Positions 27,381 through 32,000 of a DNA stretch of 32,000 bases are shown here, piece after piece. The position numbers were made by a program, and so were the translations under genes. The first letter of the stretch is position 1; every line of letters begins with the position of its first letter. The DNA comes from Nitrosopumilus maritimus SCM1 (lineage in GTDB: Archaea > Thermoproteota > Nitrososphaeria > Nitrososphaerales > Nitrosopumilaceae). Location of the stretch: assembly GCF_000018465.1 (NCBI RefSeq), contig NC_010085.1:1500001-1532000 (forward strand). The letters run 5' to 3'. A model generated the notes under the pieces. That model was not told where the DNA came from. It worked only from the letters and a program-made list of their open reading frames with translations, and searched no databases.

Positions 27381-28417
27381 AACATAATTTGCTTTATCTT
27401 ATTTTCCAAGTACAATACATAGAGTATTACGCCTATTAGAGATATTTCTAAAGACTTTGCAACAATTCCAGATATTTCTATATGTTCAGGGTGATTCTCA
27501 GGAGATAGTGGAGGAGTAAAATTTACAGCATAAATGTACAACCCTAACAAAACAAGAGACCCTAATAATCCAAAAAGATAGACAGTCGTATTTCTTCTAC
27601 GTAAAATACACGTATTTTTTTGCATACCTGTGGAGTCAGTTAGCAGTACAGATAATAACAATACCCCAAAACCAATTTGAGATATTGCAGCTAACAGCAA
27701 GAACATTCCATATTCGATACGGAGTGGGACATGATCAACGTAAACTGACAAATGGATTACTCCTCCAGAAAGAGCTAAAAACATCATAATGTATCGAAGT
27801 GTTTCATATCTTCCTAGCTTTCGTTTTGAAGTTTTATTTTTGTAATTATTTAGCAATGCATATCCAAAAACACCAAAAGGCAATATCACGACAATAACCA
27901 TCAACGAATTCCAAATGGTATTCCAATTCTCTGAAACTGAGACATTGAATAAAACTCTGGTACAATCGCAATTAAATGAACTGGAAGGTATTTGTCTGGG
28001 AGGCATCACATGTTCTTTGGTATTATTTTTTTCAGAAATGCTAAGTACAATTTGATAAGTTCCTTTGTCTTCAAAAACATAAGGGATTTCAAAATCGCCA
28101 ATAGCGCGTTTAGTCCAAGGTTCATAAAACAACCTTTTTTCCATATTTGTACTGTAGATTTCCAACATGGTTTCTAGTTCATACAAATCATTGCCATGTT
28201 CATCTTGAATGCTAAAAATTATTTTAGAATTTTCTCCAGGAGTTGGATTTCGAGGTTCAAATCCAATATAGGAATAATATTTTCCCTCCATTACGCCTCC
28301 TGAGCTGCTTTGTTCCAAATGAGCATATGAATTTGAAGAAGAAAATAGATACAGAAATGTCAATACAAAAAAAATAACAACTATTGAAGATTGTTTTTTA
28401 AGAGAAAATTTGTACAT
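27377..28417 (-). CDS. Exported/multi-TM membrane protein of unknown function
   Basis: 346 aa. Signal peptide ending in NSYAH, an extracellular beta-type domain (FEPRNPTPGENSKIIFSIQDEHGN), then about six TM segments. 4-bp overlap with 26745..27380. Confidence 0.82.
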   Translation of the reverse strand: MYKFSLKKQSSIVVIFFVLTFLYLFSSSNSYAHLEQSSSGGVMEGKYYSYIGFEPRNPTPGENSKIIFSIQDEHGNDLYELETMLEIYSTNMEKRLFYEPWTKRAIGDFEIPYVFEDKGTYQIVLSISEKNNTKEHVMPPRQIPSSSFNCDCTRVLFNVSVSENWNTIWNSLMVIVVILPFGVFGYALLNNYKNKTSKRKLGRYETLRYIMMFLALSGGVIHLSVYVDHVPLRIEYGMFLLLAAISQIGFGVLLLSVLLTDSTGMQKNTCILRRRNTTVYLFGLLGSLVLLGLYIYAVNFTPPLSPENHPEHIEISGIVAKSLEISLIGVILYVLYLENKIKQIML

Positions 28418-28637
28418 TACAACAGTTTAGATATGTTTTAGAAAAATACTTTTTCAATAACAGTCAAAACAATATCCTTGACCATTTTCAAATAACCATC
28501 ATTAATTCAAACCAAAAAATCTTCATCTCAAATGATTTAAGAATAAAAAAACATGTGCAATAATAGATATAATTGATGTTTTACGGTTGCACTAGTTTAA
28601 AATAAAATTTTGTACAACAAATCCTGTCACCAATATT

Positions 28638-28874
28638 TTAGATATATCGAATATTTTTTGCGATCTTGTATTGTTCCCTGTACTTTGTTGTACGTGGCTT
28701 CACTCTTAGTCTATGACCGCAGCAAGGACACCTAATTCCATCCCATTTCATAAATATATCACAAATGAAACACCTCTTTTGTCCTGAAAGATACCTACGG
28801 GAATTTTTTGGTTTTTTTGCTTTGTAATCTATACAAATATTCTTACAGACCATAATCAAAAAAATATTACTCAC
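28638..28874 (-). CDS. Small zinc-ribbon-like protein, paralog of 16565..16792
   Basis: 78 aa, KRCFICDIFMKWDGIRCPCCGHRLRVKPRTTKYREQYK. Confidence 0.75.
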   Translation of the reverse strand: MSNIFLIMVCKNICIDYKAKKPKNSRRYLSGQKRCFICDIFMKWDGIRCPCCGHRLRVKPRTTKYREQYKIAKNIRYI

Positions 28875-29001
28875 TTATTCAATCTTGTTTTTTCTAGTAC
28901 TCCACTAAAATGATTTTTATGTAATTTTATGATTGTACTATAATTCTTTTAATTTATTATCATACAAACAAAATTGATTATTAAAAAAGTGAAAAATTAG
29001 A

Positions 29002-29724
29002 ATGGATATAATAGATATTGTAAAAAATAACAAAACTACTCTTATTGCTAGTATTGTTCTTGTGATTGCTATTGCACTGTATTTTACAGAAATTCAAGCA
29101 AAAAATAATTCAGATTTGGGAGAAACTAACAGTTTAGATGCAAAAATATTGCCCGAAACAGAAATTTCAAAAGATGATGACCCACTATTGGGAAATCCCG
29201 ATGCTCCAATATCCATAATTGAATTTTCAGACTATCAGTGTCCTTTTTGTGCTAGATTTTACACTCAAACGTTACCTACCTTAGAATCAGAGTATATTGA
29301 AAAAGGCAAAGTCAATTTTATCTACCGTGACTTTCCAATACAAAATCATCCAAATGCAAGGCCTGCAGCCTTGGCATCAGAATGTGCCGATGAGCAAGAA
29401 CAATTTTGGGAGTATCATGATATTTTATTTAAGAAGCAAGATATGTGGAAAAGATTAGATCTTGATACAGTAACTTCTACATTCAAAGAGTATGCAGAGG
29501 AATTGAATTTGAATCAAGAAATGTTTGATTCTTGTCTTGATTCAGAAAAATATTCAGATGAAGTGGATTCAGATTTTGCAGATGGACGTAGTTATAAAAT
29601 TTCAGGCACACCAACATTTTTTATTGGAAATGAGGAGACAGGGTATTCTTCAGTTTTTGGTGCAAAATCATTTTATGAATTTCAAGAAATAATAGAAGAA
29701 AAATTAGATAAATTGGAAAAATAG
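29002..29724 (+). CDS. Membrane-anchored DsbA-family thiol oxidoreductase, paralog of 16880..17671
   Basis: 240 aa. EFSDYQCPFCARFYTQTLPTLE, FIYRDFPIQNHPNARPAALASECADEQEQFWEYHD, SGTPTFFIG. Confidence 0.92.
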   Translation: MDIIDIVKNNKTTLIASIVLVIAIALYFTEIQAKNNSDLGETNSLDAKILPETEISKDDDPLLGNPDAPISIIEFSDYQCPFCARFYTQTLPTLESEYIEKGKVNFIYRDFPIQNHPNARPAALASECADEQEQFWEYHDILFKKQDMWKRLDLDTVTSTFKEYAEELNLNQEMFDSCLDSEKYSDEVDSDFADGRSYKISGTPTFFIGNEETGYSSVFGAKSFYEFQEIIEEKLDKLEK

Positions 29725-29731
29725 TATTAAA

Positions 29732-29953
29732 TTGATTGAAGAGAAAATTGCAAATGATGAAAGTAGATTAGATAATGCTGAAAAACAATTAAAATTCCAT
29801 ATAGATAAAAAATCAAAATTAATCAAACAACTAAAGGATACAAATGAATACAAACTACGAATAAAATTAAAAGAAAAAATCAATGAACAAAAAACTATGA
29901 TAGAAATTTGGATTAATGATATTAATTCAATAAAATCACGAGTAAAAAAATAA
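29732..29953 (+). CDS. Small charged coiled-coil protein
   Basis: 73-aa ORF with TTG start 7 nt after the DsbA-like gene. Heptad-like K/E-rich sequence. Likely co-transcribed. Confidence 0.55.
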   Translation: MIEEKIANDESRLDNAEKQLKFHIDKKSKLIKQLKDTNEYKLRIKLKEKINEQKTMIEIWINDINSIKSRVKK

Positions 29954-30044
29954 GGTCAATTTCAATAATTTTCATAAAAAATATCTACTAGTACAATGAT
30001 AAAACATTCTTACCAATTATAACCATAAGATGGTGTTGTAAACT

Positions 30045-31619
30045 GTGAATAAATCAAAATATCTAATCATTATTGCCAGTACAATAGTGCTAGCAGCAGT
30101 CGGATTATACGCCTATGATGAATTAATAGAAGACAAGGAATCCAAAATACAAGAGACTCGATCAGAAATAACAATACAAACAGAACCTGAATCAATTGAG
30201 ATTGTAGAGCTTACAGGAACACCACTGGATAACTATTCTCCTGAAGAACGAGATCAGCATTGTGGTAAATCAGATTTTAAATCAACTCGATATATTGAAG
30301 AGTTTGAGATCCCTACACCTTGTACTCAACCTCTTTCAATAATTACAGACTCTGAAGATAATGTATGGTTTGTTCAATCAAATACCGGAAATGTGGCAAT
30401 GTTTGATCCAATAACAAAAGAATTTGTAGAATACCAAAATGATCAATGGAATTTGAAAACGGCATCAATGATGTGGGGAATAACAATAACTGAAGATAAT
30501 GAGATATGGTTTACAGATGAAACAAATGATTACATTTGGAGGTTTTCAATTGATGACAAGACATATTCAAAAATAGACTTTCCTAGTGAAATAGAAAACG
30601 CTTTTCCACAAAAATTAGAATATCATAATGGATATTTCCTGATAAATGATTTTACAGGAAATCGAATTGTAATTTTAAATCATGAAAATTTGGATAATGG
30701 AGAAACAGAGTATGCAGTAATTGCAACACCCTCAGGATTCTTTACTAGTCAGACATCCGTTGATGACGATGAAAACATTTGGTTTGTGATCTGGAAATAC
30801 CAAAAAGAAGCAATTTTGATTAAAACAAATTTTGAAACACGCGAAACTGAAAATTTCATTCTTCCATCTAGCATTAGTGCACCAAATGGAGTTTCAGTTG
30901 GGCCTGCAGGAAATGTGTGGATTGCAGATACTGCAAGTAGTTCATTTTACAGATTCAGCCCAAATGATAACAAAGTAATTGAATTTGTTACATCTGATGC
31001 ACCAATATGGACATTTGGAAATTCGTCAGGATTGATTAAAACACCAATTACTAGACCGTATTGGAATTCATTTGATTCAAATGGAAACATGTGGTTTAAC
31101 CAACAAACAGCAAATAGATTAGCGGTGTTTGACCCTGTTTCAGAGTCATTATTAGAGTACGATATTCCGTCTAAAAATCCGGGATGGGCAGATTGTGGAG
31201 AACTGGTAGACTGTGGGACAGCACAAAGTTTTGATTTTACAGTTCAAAACGGGCAGGTTTGGTTTACAGAATGGGTTGAAAACAATATCGGGGTTTTAGA
31301 TACCTCAGTAGACATTCCTGTAACATTAGATGTAGAACAAAATGAGATTGAGATTAAACAGGGTGAGCAGAAGAAAATCTTTCTTACAATAAAGCCACAA
31401 GAAAAACAAAAAGTGGAATTATTTTTATCTACATCTACCAATTCGGAATTGATTGGAACAGAAACAAATACAGAACCCATATCAATTTCAGAACAAAGTC
31501 AAATTCCAGTCACAATACTTGTTGATGAAAATGCACATCAAGGAGATTATAAAATTCTATTAAGTGCACATCTTTTAGATGTAGTTGTATCAGAATATGT
31601 TACAGTCAAAGTAATTTAG
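30045..31619 (+). CDS. Membrane-anchored virginiamycin-B-lyase-like beta-propeller with C-terminal Ig-like domain
   Basis: 524 aa. N-terminal TM and blades ITDSEDNVWFVQSNTGNVAMFDPITKEF, ITEDNEIWFTDETNDYIWRFS, VGPAGNVWIADTASSSFYRFSP, FDSNGNMWFNQQTANRLAVFDP, then a beta-rich VTLDVEQNEIEIKQGEQKKIFLTI domain. Confidence 0.88.
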   Translation: MNKSKYLIIIASTIVLAAVGLYAYDELIEDKESKIQETRSEITIQTEPESIEIVELTGTPLDNYSPEERDQHCGKSDFKSTRYIEEFEIPTPCTQPLSIITDSEDNVWFVQSNTGNVAMFDPITKEFVEYQNDQWNLKTASMMWGITITEDNEIWFTDETNDYIWRFSIDDKTYSKIDFPSEIENAFPQKLEYHNGYFLINDFTGNRIVILNHENLDNGETEYAVIATPSGFFTSQTSVDDDENIWFVIWKYQKEAILIKTNFETRETENFILPSSISAPNGVSVGPAGNVWIADTASSSFYRFSPNDNKVIEFVTSDAPIWTFGNSSGLIKTPITRPYWNSFDSNGNMWFNQQTANRLAVFDPVSESLLEYDIPSKNPGWADCGELVDCGTAQSFDFTVQNGQVWFTEWVENNIGVLDTSVDIPVTLDVEQNEIEIKQGEQKKIFLTIKPQEKQKVELFLSTSTNSELIGTETNTEPISISEQSQIPVTILVDENAHQGDYKILLSAHLLDVVVSEYVTVKVI

Positions 31620-31737
31620 AGTTACAAATTTTGAACACAGGATATTGAGAGTAGTGTCAACACAAAAGTAGATTCCGAATAAATAAAATTTTTATTTAGA
31701 TTATAGCAAATTAGGTATGAGAATGATCTAACTAAAA

Positions 31738-32000
31738 ATGGAAAAACAAAAAATAATTGGTATTATTTCAATTGTAGTAATAGTTGTAGTGATTGGCTAT
31801 TCTTTGTTAAATGTATATGCATTAGAACAATTAGAATTTAGTGGAGTAGATAATATTTTTAGATTTTTTGAAATGAGTACAGTAAATGGAAAAATAAATA
31901 TCTGCAATAATACTTTTCTTCCAGCAAATTTTAATCAATTTAACATTTTGATATATTTCGAAAGGGAGTTATTAGGAACTTTTACAGTAGATTCTACCAA
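31738..32000 (+). CDS. Partial hypothetical membrane-anchored protein (MEKQKIIGIISIVVIVVVIGYSLLNVYALEQLEFSGVDN...), continuing out of the window
   Basis: ATG at 31738 with open frame to the window end. Strong N-terminal TM. Confidence 0.7.
   Translation, partial: MEKQKIIGIISIVVIVVVIGYSLLNVYALEQLEFSGVDNIFRFFEMSTVNGKINICNNTFLPANFNQFNILIYFERELLGTFTVDST

Noticed and set aside
27992-28177. Plus-strand 61-aa ORF
   Set aside because: Antisense to the 346-aa membrane protein gene.
31244-31480. Minus-strand 78-aa ORF
   Set aside because: Antisense to the Vgb-like gene. No support.

Overview
The window is AT-rich archaeal sequence. The protein content (AOA-type NirK, PEFG-CTERM tails, IPxWIxNNAxWW repeats, many secreted cupredoxins) is what I expect of an ammonia-oxidizing thaumarchaeon of the Nitrosopumilus type. 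No rRNA, tRNA, CRISPR array or transposase was recognised. Most of the window is envelope and metal-handling genes: DUF58/MoxR, secreted proteins with a shared C-terminal tryptophan repeat, a CopC-CopD-Vgb fusion, a Zn/Mn-type ABC importer with a divergent NikR-like regulator, two DsbA-like oxidoreductases, a Cys-rich HxlR regulator, a ZIP transporter with a two-domain multicopper oxidase, a DtxR regulator, a Kelch PEFG-CTERM protein and NirK. The items most worth a second look are: (1) an unlisted 32-aa ORF with 10 cysteines (19938..20036), metallothionein-like, with a strong Shine-Dalgarno and divergent from the Cys-rich HxlR gene; (2) three 14-bp DtxR-box-like elements at exactly 19-bp spacing (22405..22456) upstream of the MCO-ZIP operon; (3) a duplicated divergent module of zinc-ribbon microprotein and DsbA-like protein; (4) a CopC-CopD-Vgb fusion; (5) a NikR-like regulator with altered apparent metal ligands next to a Zn-type importer; (6) a tandem 65-aa 'integrase repeat unit'-like protein; (7) a likely mis-called start that hides a 68-aa gene.
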